In this document: in pieces, positions 1 to 9,100 of the stretch
Position numbering within the stretch: the stretch's first letter is position 1
How the letters are laid out: every line of letters starts with the position of its first letter
NCBI GenBank assembly: GCA_963674695.2
Contig: CAXXGI010000001.1
Location: 896,001 to 960,000, forward strand
Reading direction: 5' to 3'
Source: a bacterium
GTDB taxonomy: Bacteria > UBA10199 > 2-02-FULL-44-16 > JAAZCA01
Length of the DNA stretch: 64,000 nucleotides
The notes under the pieces: generated by a model
What the model saw: only the letters and a program-made list of their open reading frames with translations
What the model was told of the DNA's origin: nothing
Databases searched by the model: none
Made by a program: the position numbers and the translations under genes

Positions 1-11
1 CCACGAAACAT
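1..11 (-). CDS. mraZ: Probable 5' end of mraZ (gene runs off the left edge)
   Basis: Minus strand ATG TTT CGT GG = MFRG, a typical MraZ N-terminus; GTGG boxes at 10-nt spacing upstream. Only about 4 codons visible. Confidence 0.5.
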
Positions 12-41
12 ATGGAATTCCGCCTATTTCGACTGTCCGTA

Positions 42-55
42 CCACTCCATCCCAC
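42..55 (-). promoter_or_regulatory. Putative MraZ-binding repeats (GTGG-N6-GTGG)
   Basis: ccac at 42-45 and 52-55 (minus strand GTGGGATGGAGTGG) just upstream of the MFRG start. Confidence 0.45.
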
Positions 56-488
56 TTTATGGGAGGATAGCGACATTCACCGATGATCGTCAAGCTCTTT
101 CTCCCTCTAATACCTTGAAAACGTTGGGTTTTTTGGGTTCCGGGTCGTCTTTTGGGGGTTCCTAAAAAGGTCTGCAAATTGAGCTGTTGGAGGGACGTAT
201 AAAAGTATTTTATTGATAGGCTGTATATCTTATTGATAAATAAGGGTTTATAAAAAATGCAATTTTCAAAGACCATCGGCGCTGCAAAAGACCACACAGT
301 CGATATCTGCACAGGGAACCGCGTGCAATCCACCGTATGCACTCGATATGGCGGAGATGACTACCATCGAAGCCCCTCCAAATCAACACCTGCCGCGAAT
401 TTGACCGATTCCCATGGCCGCCGATATCGATCGCGTTCGTTCGATACAATCGACCATCGCAGTCCCATGGATGTGTTAAGATACCGCC

Positions 489-1277
489 ATGCTCGCTGAC
501 CACCGATTGCCACCGCTGACGCTCATCCTGGGACTGTTCGCCCTGGTGACTTTCCTCGAAATTCCAATGGGCATACTCATCGATCGCATCTCGCCGATCC
601 TCGGGGTCTTCCTCAACGAAACCGTCATCATCGGGCTCCTCCCGATCGCCGGCATCGAACTGGCGGGCTACTCCATCGCCCCGCTGCTTCGCTTCGAGCG
701 ACCGTCGCGCCGCACGTTACTCGTCGCCCTCTGTATCACGATCGGCGCCGGAGTCCTGCTGACCTATGGCCAGCGACTCAGCCACGAACTCATCCCCATC
801 CCCGAATTCATCGTGCGACGTCATCACGACATCGTGCGTGTCGCCTTTTGGGAGGAACTCTACGTCAAACTCGCAATCCTGGGACTGATCGCGCCCGTCT
901 GCGAAGAGGTTCTCTTCCGAGGATTTTTACAGACATCCCTTGCACGTCACACCACGAAGACCACCGCGATTCTCATCACTGCCGTACTCTTCACGCTGGC
1001 CCACAGCACGACTTTTCAACCACACCTGTATTTGATTCTGGGGCTCATGCTTTCGTGGATCTATGCGATGACAGGATCGCTGCGTATCGTCATCGCCTGT
1101 CACGCCCTGCACAATATCTGGACGCTCATCAACCAGGTTCGCGGATGGCGCCTGCCGCTGATGGATCCGATCGGACGCGTCGATCTCCTGCTCATCGGGA
1201 GCAGCGCAATGATCGTCATCGCCGGAATGCTCTGGCTCTGGCGCAAACAGAAAATGGGAAAAACGGAAAAAACGTAG
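489..1277 (+). CDS. CPBP (CAAX/Abi) family intramembrane metalloprotease
   Basis: CEEVLFRG, FTLAH and HALHN motifs; multiple TM helices. Confidence 0.9.
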   Translation: MLADHRLPPLTLILGLFALVTFLEIPMGILIDRISPILGVFLNETVIIGLLPIAGIELAGYSIAPLLRFERPSRRTLLVALCITIGAGVLLTYGQRLSHELIPIPEFIVRRHHDIVRVAFWEELYVKLAILGLIAPVCEEVLFRGFLQTSLARHTTKTTAILITAVLFTLAHSTTFQPHLYLILGLMLSWIYAMTGSLRIVIACHALHNIWTLINQVRGWRLPLMDPIGRVDLLLIGSSAMIVIAGMLWLWRKQKMGKTEKT

Positions 1278-1284
1278 GGAAAAT

Positions 1285-2094
1285 TCAGCGCAAAGCCGCC
1301 TGACCCGTGCGCCGCAAACCGATGATGGAAAGAAGGACCGCCGCCGCACCGCAGGTGATCAGCGCCATATCGATTGAACGAAAATCGCCGCGCAGCGGAA
1401 ACGTGATCCCCATGTGGAAGAGCGTGAGCGTCACCGCATTATTGATGACGTGACAGAGGATCGAAGCCGTCAGCGTTCCGGTGATCGCATAGACCCATCC
1501 GAGCAGGATCCCCAGCAGAAAGTAGAGATGTAGATACCAGGGATTTCCGTGCAGCAGCGCGAAGAGCCCGGCGGTGATGAGGATGGCTGGCCACGCACCC
1601 CAACGCGCAGCGATAGAGGTCTGACAAAACCCCCGAAAGAAGATCTCCTCACAGACGCCGGGAACGACGCAGAGCAAAAAGAGTTTCCAGATGAAGATGG
1701 GAGTCGTCGCTGCTGCCATCACCTGCGCATACTGGAGACGCAGATGCTCCGGCAGGGGCGCGATAAATTCGCTCGCTGCGGTGAGATACTCCATGATCGC
1801 ATCCGCTCCGAGCGTGAGCAGCACGACGAACAGGACGATCGAGAGCTTCGGAACGACGATCGGTAGCAGACGATGCCGATCGAAGCGCCTCCACCGGATC
1901 AGCAGGAGCGGAATGCCCGCGACGGCGATGAGTTCGCTGATGAGCACGCCGATGGAGAGATGTCCCTCGCGGATGAGCAGATGCCCGGGCAACTGCGCGA
2001 AGGTCACGAGCGAGACCACCGCGAAGACGAGCGCCACCGAGGGAAAAGACTCCCCAGGTCTCCAAAATGCCCGCAAAAAGTAATGGAGATTCAT
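1285..2094 (-). CDS. CPBP (CAAX/Abi) family intramembrane metalloprotease
   Basis: CEEIFFRG, FALLH, HVINN motifs; start taken at MNLHYF (2094). Confidence 0.9.
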   Translation of the reverse strand: MNLHYFLRAFWRPGESFPSVALVFAVVSLVTFAQLPGHLLIREGHLSIGVLISELIAVAGIPLLLIRWRRFDRHRLLPIVVPKLSIVLFVVLLTLGADAIMEYLTAASEFIAPLPEHLRLQYAQVMAAATTPIFIWKLFLLCVVPGVCEEIFFRGFCQTSIAARWGAWPAILITAGLFALLHGNPWYLHLYFLLGILLGWVYAITGTLTASILCHVINNAVTLTLFHMGITFPLRGDFRSIDMALITCGAAAVLLSIIGLRRTGQAALR

Positions 2095-2176
2095 CGAGGC
2101 ACGGTAAGGAGAGAACGCGCCCCTGTCAAGGGATGTGCGCATTTTGCCTTGGCATCGGCGGCCAAAAACCCCTAGT

Positions 2177-3100
2177 ATGATGAACATGCATCTTTCATCC
2201 CCTCTAAAAGCTGGCGATACGATCGGCATCGCCGCACCCGCCAGCCCCTTCGACCGAGCGCGCTTCATGAAGGGCGTGCATGCGCTCGAACGCCTCGGGT
2301 TCAAAACCTTTTATCGCAAGGATATCTTCGACCAGAACCGCTACTTCGCCGGGAGCGATGAGCGTCGCGCGCAGGAACTCATAGAACTCTTCGAACGCCG
2401 TGAGGTCCATGCGATCATGTTCGCGCGCGGCGGCTATGGCAGTCAGCGCATCATCCCGTTGCTCGATGCCGATCGCATCGCCGCGCACCCAAAACCCGTC
2501 GTCGGTTTTTCGGACCTGACCGCACTGCTCGCCTTTCTGCGGCAGCGCTGCAATCTCCCCACCTTCTATGGCCCCGTGGTGACCCAACTGGGAAAAGCAA
2601 AGTCGGCGATCACGGGCGAATCCCTTCAGCGCGCACTCACCACCGACGGCGCGCTCGGGCCGATGCCGATGGGCCAAGCCCGCGTCATCCGCGAGGGCCA
2701 CGCGCAGGGCCCGCTCGTCGGCGGATGCTTGACGCTGATTAACTCGAGCATCGGAACGCCGTACGAGCCGGCCCTCGACGACGCGATCCTCTTCATCGAA
2801 GAGGTGGGAGAGAAGGTCTACGTACTCGACCGGATGCTCACTCAGCTGATCAACAGCAATCGGCTGGGGAGCGTGCGTGGAATCCTGTTCGGCTCGCTCC
2901 TGCCACCACCCGAAGAGAGCTGTGACGTCGAGTCGATGATCCGCGACGTCCTGCGTCACTTCGAAGGCCCCGTCGTCGCGGAATTTCCCGCAGGGCATAT
3001 CGACGCATTCGTCACGCTCCCGCTCGGAATAGAGACCCAGCTGACCGCGCCCGACAGTGCAGAACCCACGCTCGCCTTCACGCAAGGATCGTTCTCATGA
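2177..3100 (+). CDS. ldcA: LD-carboxypeptidase (peptidase S66, LdcA-like)
   Basis: ARGGYGS, GFSDLT, GGCL, FIEEVGE, AGH motifs; start uncertain (2177/2180/2186). Confidence 0.88.
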   Translation: MMNMHLSSPLKAGDTIGIAAPASPFDRARFMKGVHALERLGFKTFYRKDIFDQNRYFAGSDERRAQELIELFERREVHAIMFARGGYGSQRIIPLLDADRIAAHPKPVVGFSDLTALLAFLRQRCNLPTFYGPVVTQLGKAKSAITGESLQRALTTDGALGPMPMGQARVIREGHAQGPLVGGCLTLINSSIGTPYEPALDDAILFIEEVGEKVYVLDRMLTQLINSNRLGSVRGILFGSLLPPPEESCDVESMIRDVLRHFEGPVVAEFPAGHIDAFVTLPLGIETQLTAPDSAEPTLAFTQGSFS

Positions 3101-4254
3101 ACACTCAAATCAAACGCGCCTTTCAGGATGCCCTCGAAGAAGGCGTCTTCCCCTCGGCTGAGGTGCTCGCCGCATGCGGCGACGAGATCCACCTGCACGA
3201 ACACTTCGGCGCCGCACGTCAAGACACCTGCTTCGATATCGCATCGCTGACCAAGTCCGTCTCCAGCGCCACCATCGCGATGACGCTCGTGGCTGAAAAA
3301 CTCCTCAAGCTCGATGACAACGTCTATGATTGGCTCGGCGGAGCGCGTCAGCCGGCACACCGCGCGATGACGATCCGCATGTTGCTCAACCATACCTCGG
3401 GTCTGCCCGCATGGGATCCCTACTATCGAGAGCTGCCGATCTCGCTCATCGGCACCGATGCGGGACGACGCATGATCCTGGACGCCTGTTTTCGCGAAAC
3501 GCCCGTAGCCGAACCGGGGACGAAGACGATCTACAGCGACATCGGCTATATCCTCCTCGGAGAGATCCTCGAACAGGCAGGGGGCGCACCGTTGGAGGCC
3601 CTCTTCGCCCAACACGTCTCCCGTCCGCTCGACCTGACCAACACCTTCTTCATCCGCCAGGTCGGCGCGCCGCTATCGACGACCAGCCGACACACCACGA
3701 CGCATGCCAACCAACACGTCCCTGCCGGCGACACCCTGCGCGGCGCGCGCACGGCAGGCGTGCACCGCCGCTTTGCCCCGACCGAGGACTGTCCCTGGCG
3801 CGAACGCGTCGTCCATGGGGAGGTGCACGACCCGAACGCCTATGCGCTCGGAGGGGTGGCCGGACACGCCGGGCTCTTCTCCACGGCGACGGATCTGCAC
3901 CGATTCGCGCTGGAACTCACGCGCTGCTATCGCGGGGAATCCGACTGGATCGAGCCTGCCGTCGTACGCACCTTTCTCGAGGAGCACACCACCAAACCGA
4001 CACGGGAATCCTTCGTCCTCGGCTGGAACCGGCCATCGAAGCGCAATTCGGCATCGGGCCATCATTTCTCACCGAACACCGTGGGTTTTCTCGGATATAC
4101 CGGCTGCTCGATCTGGATCGATCTCACACGCGACTGCTGGATCATCCTGCTGACCAACCGGGTTCACCCATCGGACACCAACCAGAAGATCAAGATCTTC
4201 CGCCCCATGATCCACGACCTGATCACGTCGACCTGTTTTCCCGAGAACCACTAG
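3097..4254 (+). CDS. Serine hydrolase, beta-lactamase/AmiE-like family
   Basis: SxxK (ASLTK), LLNHTSGL, YSDIG, GEVHDPNAYALGGVAGHAGLFS; overlaps ldcA stop (ATGA). Confidence 0.85.
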   Translation: MNTQIKRAFQDALEEGVFPSAEVLAACGDEIHLHEHFGAARQDTCFDIASLTKSVSSATIAMTLVAEKLLKLDDNVYDWLGGARQPAHRAMTIRMLLNHTSGLPAWDPYYRELPISLIGTDAGRRMILDACFRETPVAEPGTKTIYSDIGYILLGEILEQAGGAPLEALFAQHVSRPLDLTNTFFIRQVGAPLSTTSRHTTTHANQHVPAGDTLRGARTAGVHRRFAPTEDCPWRERVVHGEVHDPNAYALGGVAGHAGLFSTATDLHRFALELTRCYRGESDWIEPAVVRTFLEEHTTKPTRESFVLGWNRPSKRNSASGHHFSPNTVGFLGYTGCSIWIDLTRDCWIILLTNRVHPSDTNQKIKIFRPMIHDLITSTCFPENH

Positions 4255-4392
4255 GCGCCCGCGTGCATTTCCCTTGCGTTCGGCAGGGGGATCACGTAAA
4301 AAACTCAAGGAGTTCAATCACTTGGAGCGAGACCCGTCGCCCCCTTCGAGCGAGGGGCAGGTGCGCTCATTTCTGATGGAGACGAAGACGCC

Positions 4393-5850
4393 ATGCGCAT
4401 CCACCTTCTCGGCATCGGCGGCACCGGCATGGGGGCGCTCGCGGGACTTTTGATCGAAGCGGGACACACGGTCACCGGAACCGATGGACCGATCTATCCC
4501 CCGATGAGCGATCAGCTCGGGGCGCTGGGCATCATGCCGTTTGTCGGATATGCTGCGGAGAACATCGAGACAGCCCGCCCGGATATGGTCGTCATCGGCA
4601 ACGTCATTCGACGGGACAACCCCGAAGCCCAGGAAGCGATGCGCCGCAACCTCCCCTATCGCTCGATGGCCGATATGCTGGCGGAGCTCTTCCTCGAACA
4701 CCGCATGCCCCTGATCATCACCGGCACGCACGGCAAGACCACCTGCTCCACACTCGCGGCGTGGCTCCTCGATGCCGCTGACCTGGCCCCAGGATTCTTC
4801 ATCGGTGGCGTCGGTCGAAACTTTGACCGCAGCTATGCACAGGGCCGCGGACCCTTCTTCGTCGTGGAGGGGGACGAATACGACACCGCCTTCTTCGACA
4901 AGACGCCCAAGTTTCTCCACTATCGCCCCCAGGCGATCCTCATCACCAGCATCGAATTCGATCACGCCGACATCTACAACGATCTCGATGCGATCATCGA
5001 CGCGTTCGCCCGCCTCATCGCGATCATGCCGCCGGACGGATTGATCGTGGCCAACGCCGAGGACGAGACGGTGATGCGACTCGTTCACAGCGCTCCCTGT
5101 CGCGTGGTGCGCTACGGTCGTGAAGCGCGCGACGCCTATCATCCCAGCGAGGTCAGCGCCGACAGCGAGGGAACGCGGTTCACCCTTCTGCCTCCCCGCG
5201 CAGCTCCGGAAAAGACCACCCCCTTCCTGTTGCCGATGTGGGGCGAGCACAACCTCATGAATGCCACGGGCGTACTCGCACTCCTGCTCGAATCCGGCGT
5301 GGAACCCGATGCCCTCGTTCGAGGACTCGCCGCTTTCGAAGGCGTGCGCCGCCGTCAGGAGATCGTCTCCCAGCAGAAGGGCGTCACCATCGTGGACGAC
5401 TTCGCGCATCATCCGACGGCGGTTGGCAAGACGATCGAGGCGATGCGCCTACGCTTTCCCGGCGCGCGCATCTGGGCGATCTTCGAGCCGCGCTCGAACA
5501 CCTCGCGGCGCAATATTTTTCAGAAAGAATACGAGCGTGCGCTGGGTCTGGCCGATCGCGTGGTCATGGCCAGCCCCTTTCACGCCGACGAACTCGATTC
5601 CGCGGAGCGTTTCGACGCGGATGCGATCGCAGAGACGCTCATGCATCGCGGCATCGATGCCCATCACATCCCCGACGCCGATCATATCACCGAATTCGTC
5701 ATGCGTTCGGTCGACGCGGGAGATGTGATCCTGGTGATGTCCAACGGCGGATTCGACGGGCTCTTACAGAAACTGACCGAAGCCCTGAAGACGCGACGCA
5801 TCGTCGCCGATCACGATGCCATTGCACCGGGGCGCATTCCGAAACGCTGA
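4393..5850 (+). CDS. mpl: Murein peptide ligase Mpl
   Basis: GIGGTGMGALA, GTHGKTT, EGDEYDTAFFDK, DDFAHHPTA, FEPRSNT, MSNGGF. Confidence 0.92.
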   Translation: MRIHLLGIGGTGMGALAGLLIEAGHTVTGTDGPIYPPMSDQLGALGIMPFVGYAAENIETARPDMVVIGNVIRRDNPEAQEAMRRNLPYRSMADMLAELFLEHRMPLIITGTHGKTTCSTLAAWLLDAADLAPGFFIGGVGRNFDRSYAQGRGPFFVVEGDEYDTAFFDKTPKFLHYRPQAILITSIEFDHADIYNDLDAIIDAFARLIAIMPPDGLIVANAEDETVMRLVHSAPCRVVRYGREARDAYHPSEVSADSEGTRFTLLPPRAAPEKTTPFLLPMWGEHNLMNATGVLALLLESGVEPDALVRGLAAFEGVRRRQEIVSQQKGVTIVDDFAHHPTAVGKTIEAMRLRFPGARIWAIFEPRSNTSRRNIFQKEYERALGLADRVVMASPFHADELDSAERFDADAIAETLMHRGIDAHHIPDADHITEFVMRSVDAGDVILVMSNGGFDGLLQKLTEALKTRRIVADHDAIAPGRIPKR

Positions 5851-5884
5851 TCGCGCCACTCCCTCATCGACGAGGCATCAGAGC

Positions 5885-8800
5885 ATGTCCAGATCTCTCC
5901 ATTTTCGTTTCCGCCACCTGGTCGCAGCCATCGCCCTGATCGCCGGGTGCATCAGCGCCACCGCATGGATCATCAATCGACCCGAGGTCCTTCATCACGC
6001 GCTCTCGCTCGTGAACATCCGAAGCGACTGGCGCATCGACGTGCAGCGTTTCACCTGGCACCCGCTCAAACGTGAGATCGTCATCGAAGGAATCGATCTC
6101 GAACATCGGGAAAAGGGAAAGCGTCTGCAGGTCGAACGCATCGATTGGCACTACCGTTTGATGGGCCTGCTCAAGGGAAAACTCGTCTTCGACACCTTCC
6201 TCTTGAAAGACGTCCGCATTGCGCTCCCACCCGATACATCTGCACGCCTGAAAGAACACCGCCGCATCGACCTGACCAAGCTCGTCCTGCTCAAGAACGT
6301 CGAGCTTGATGACGGTCGCATCGACGGGTTCCGTCTCGCCTTCGGCAAGGGGTTCGTGCTGAACACGGATCAGATGCACTTCCAGATGGGCAGCAGTCTC
6401 TTCGGACCGAACACGCTCGCCTTTCGCACCGACGGCGCCATCCTCAGCCGCGAGGACAAATCGATCCTCTCCGCCGGGGCGCTGACCGTCAAAGCATCGA
6501 CGGAGTTTTCCCGCTGGCACGCGGAATTTCCCTACCTCAATGACCTGGGGGGTGAACTTCGCCTGGCCGATGCCAACCTGGAGGGACTCTCGGTCGAAGC
6601 ACTCGAAGCACACGCCTCCTATCGGGATGGAAAGCTCGAACTGACGGAGCTCGCGCTCACATCCGGCGGCAGGACGCTTCAGGGAAAACTCGGCGCCGAT
6701 ACGCAGACGCAGACCTTCGCCCTCAATATCGACATCAGACGACCGATCGCGCTGCCGCACATCGGTCGTCCCCTCCAGACGATCGACACTGCGGGAGACC
6801 TCTCCGGCACCATCCAGCTGAGCGGACAGGGCTTCATCCCCTCGGAGAGCTCCGGCCGAGCCGATGTGCATGTCAGGCATCTCTTTCAGGCCCCGCCGCG
6901 AGCGGGGGTCGACCTCAACGCCGACATCGCCTGGAAGCGCGGCGTCTTTCAGATCGCCCAGGCGCGCGTCTCCTCGGGTGACCATTTTCTCTCGGTCGAT
7001 GGCACGATCGACATCCCAGGGAAGAACCTCCGCCTCACCGCAACAGGAAAATCTTTTCCGATCGAACTGGTCTTCAACACCTTCCGCAACCCCTACTTGA
7101 GTCGCATCTTCGGCCAGACCGATGTCGAAGGAACCTTCACGGGATGGGGCAAAAAATTCGAAGCCCATGTCAAAGGAACGACCTACGAGGGGGGATGGGA
7201 CCCGATCGTCGCCGATCGGGTCGAGACGGAACTCACGGCCACCTATGACGATCTGAAACTTACGGGAACGATCTTCTATGACGATGCCCCCTCGGGCGGC
7301 GCGGATCTCTCGATTCACTTCGGACCGAAGGTGGGGGATGCGGTGCGGAGCAAGCGGGTCGATCTCGATGCCCGCATCGCCGACGTCCCGCTCGACGATG
7401 CACTTGCCGCCTATGGGCTCACCGGAACAGGGAATGGAAGCATCACGCTCAAGGGGCCGATCACCGCCTTCGCTGGAGAGGTGGGCGCCACGATCGTCGA
7501 CGGGAGCTGGCACGGCCTCCCCTTCGAACGCGTCGGCGCGACGCTCGAGCTCTCGCGCCACAACCTCACCTTTCGCGAGCTGGCGCTCAAGCTTCCGGGT
7601 ATGCCCGCGACACAGCCGGAGAGTTTCGTCGCGGATCTCAGCCCCGGAAAGTTGCGTCTGCACGGAACACCGCTGCCGGGGTTCACGATCGATGCCGCTT
7701 ATCTCTACGCACCCAAGCGCTGGACGATTGCGGAATTGAGCTGGGACGATCCGGACCACCCCGGTCAGCAACTCGAAGCCGAGGGGACGCTCGTCAGCGA
7801 CGGCCCGATCAACCTGAAGATCGACGGGCAGATCGGTCTCAATCGCCTCATCCTCGTGCCCATGCTCGCGCGCGGAGGCGAGGGGGCCACGACGGTCGAT
7901 TTGCGCATCAGCGGCACGACGCACGACCCCAAGGCCTTCGGCAGTCTCACCTTCAATCGCAACCGTCTTGCCATCCGTCCGATTCGAACGATCCTTGAGG
8001 ATCTCTCGGGGACCATCCGCTTCGAGGGATCTCGCATCCGCTTCGAGGAATTTACCGCTTCATCGCGCGAAGGAAAACTCGAACTCACCGGAACCCTGGA
8101 TCACCATCATCTGCGTCCGAGTGCCGCCGACCTTGCGCTCACCGGAAAGGGGATGAGCGTTCGCTCGCGCGATCGTCTGCTGCGCGTCGAGTTCGATGGC
8201 AACCTCGCCCTGAAGGGGGCATTTCCGAGCCCCTTGCTCTCCGGATCGGTCAACATCATCGACGGCCGATACAAACGTAACTTCGCCATCCTGGATTCGA
8301 TCACCGGCGGCACGAAGCCCATCGCCCCGACGGCCCTCACCGAGGAGATGGCCTGGTTCAATCCGCGCCTCGACCTGCACCTGCAGACCGCGGGCGACTT
8401 CTCCATCCGCAACAACATCGGCGACATCTATCTGAGCGCCAACGTCGAGGCGAAGGGAACGCGGAATGAACCGCGCGTTTCGGGATCGATCGAAACGCCC
8501 TATGGGAAAATTCACTACTTAGGACTCAACTTCGAGGTCACCAAAGGGTTCATCGAATTTCGCGAACACTATCGCAAACCCTATCTGGAGGTACACGCCG
8601 AGCGAGAGATCGGCACCTACAACGTCTCCATGACGCTCTATGGCCAAACCGACAATCTCCAGCTCGATCTCTCGGCCACATCCCCCTCGGGGCCCTTGGA
8701 AAAACGCGACGTCGTCTCGCTCATCATGTTCGGGCAGACACAGCAGGACAAAGCCGCATCAGCGACATCGCGCGCCGGCGGGCGAATGGCCACTTCGATG

Positions 8801-9094
8801 GCGGCGCAGTCGCTCGGCGGCCTCCTCGAACAACCGATCACACAGTTCACGCACCTGGACGTCTTTCGGCTGGAGGCAGCCGATCCGGACAGCACCGCCA
8901 TCTCGCGCGTCTACATCGGAAAACACCTCTCCGATCGTCTGACGATCAACTTCGCCACGGACATCGGCACGCAGGATGCAGCGCAAACAGTAACGGCCGA
9001 GTATCTCATCACCGACAACCTCCTGCTCAAGGGATCGCGGTCGAGCAACTCAAAATATGAACTCAGCGGAGCGCTCCGATTCCAGATGAGGTAG
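5885..9094 (+). CDS. TamB-like translocation/assembly module protein
   Basis: N-terminal TM anchor, long beta-rich body, DUF490-like C-terminus; directly upstream of an Omp85 gene. Confidence 0.75.
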   Translation: MSRSLHFRFRHLVAAIALIAGCISATAWIINRPEVLHHALSLVNIRSDWRIDVQRFTWHPLKREIVIEGIDLEHREKGKRLQVERIDWHYRLMGLLKGKLVFDTFLLKDVRIALPPDTSARLKEHRRIDLTKLVLLKNVELDDGRIDGFRLAFGKGFVLNTDQMHFQMGSSLFGPNTLAFRTDGAILSREDKSILSAGALTVKASTEFSRWHAEFPYLNDLGGELRLADANLEGLSVEALEAHASYRDGKLELTELALTSGGRTLQGKLGADTQTQTFALNIDIRRPIALPHIGRPLQTIDTAGDLSGTIQLSGQGFIPSESSGRADVHVRHLFQAPPRAGVDLNADIAWKRGVFQIAQARVSSGDHFLSVDGTIDIPGKNLRLTATGKSFPIELVFNTFRNPYLSRIFGQTDVEGTFTGWGKKFEAHVKGTTYEGGWDPIVADRVETELTATYDDLKLTGTIFYDDAPSGGADLSIHFGPKVGDAVRSKRVDLDARIADVPLDDALAAYGLTGTGNGSITLKGPITAFAGEVGATIVDGSWHGLPFERVGATLELSRHNLTFRELALKLPGMPATQPESFVADLSPGKLRLHGTPLPGFTIDAAYLYAPKRWTIAELSWDDPDHPGQQLEAEGTLVSDGPINLKIDGQIGLNRLILVPMLARGGEGATTVDLRISGTTHDPKAFGSLTFNRNRLAIRPIRTILEDLSGTIRFEGSRIRFEEFTASSREGKLELTGTLDHHHLRPSAADLALTGKGMSVRSRDRLLRVEFDGNLALKGAFPSPLLSGSVNIIDGRYKRNFAILDSITGGTKPIAPTALTEEMAWFNPRLDLHLQTAGDFSIRNNIGDIYLSANVEAKGTRNEPRVSGSIETPYGKIHYLGLNFEVTKGFIEFREHYRKPYLEVHAEREIGTYNVSMTLYGQTDNLQLDLSATSPSGPLEKRDVVSLIMFGQTQQDKAASATSRAGGRMATSMAAQSLGGLLEQPITQFTHLDVFRLEAADPDSTAISRVYIGKHLSDRLTINFATDIGTQDAAQTVTAEYLITDNLLLKGSRSSNSKYELSGALRFQMR

Positions 9095-9100
9095 AACGCA

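Noticed and set aside
210-503. Small ORFs 257..499 (+) and 210..503 (-)
   Set aside because: No recognisable motif or clear SD; cannot support either
3097-4254. Beta-lactam resistance gene
   Set aside because: No signal peptide, AmiE-like motifs and a peptidoglycan-recycling context
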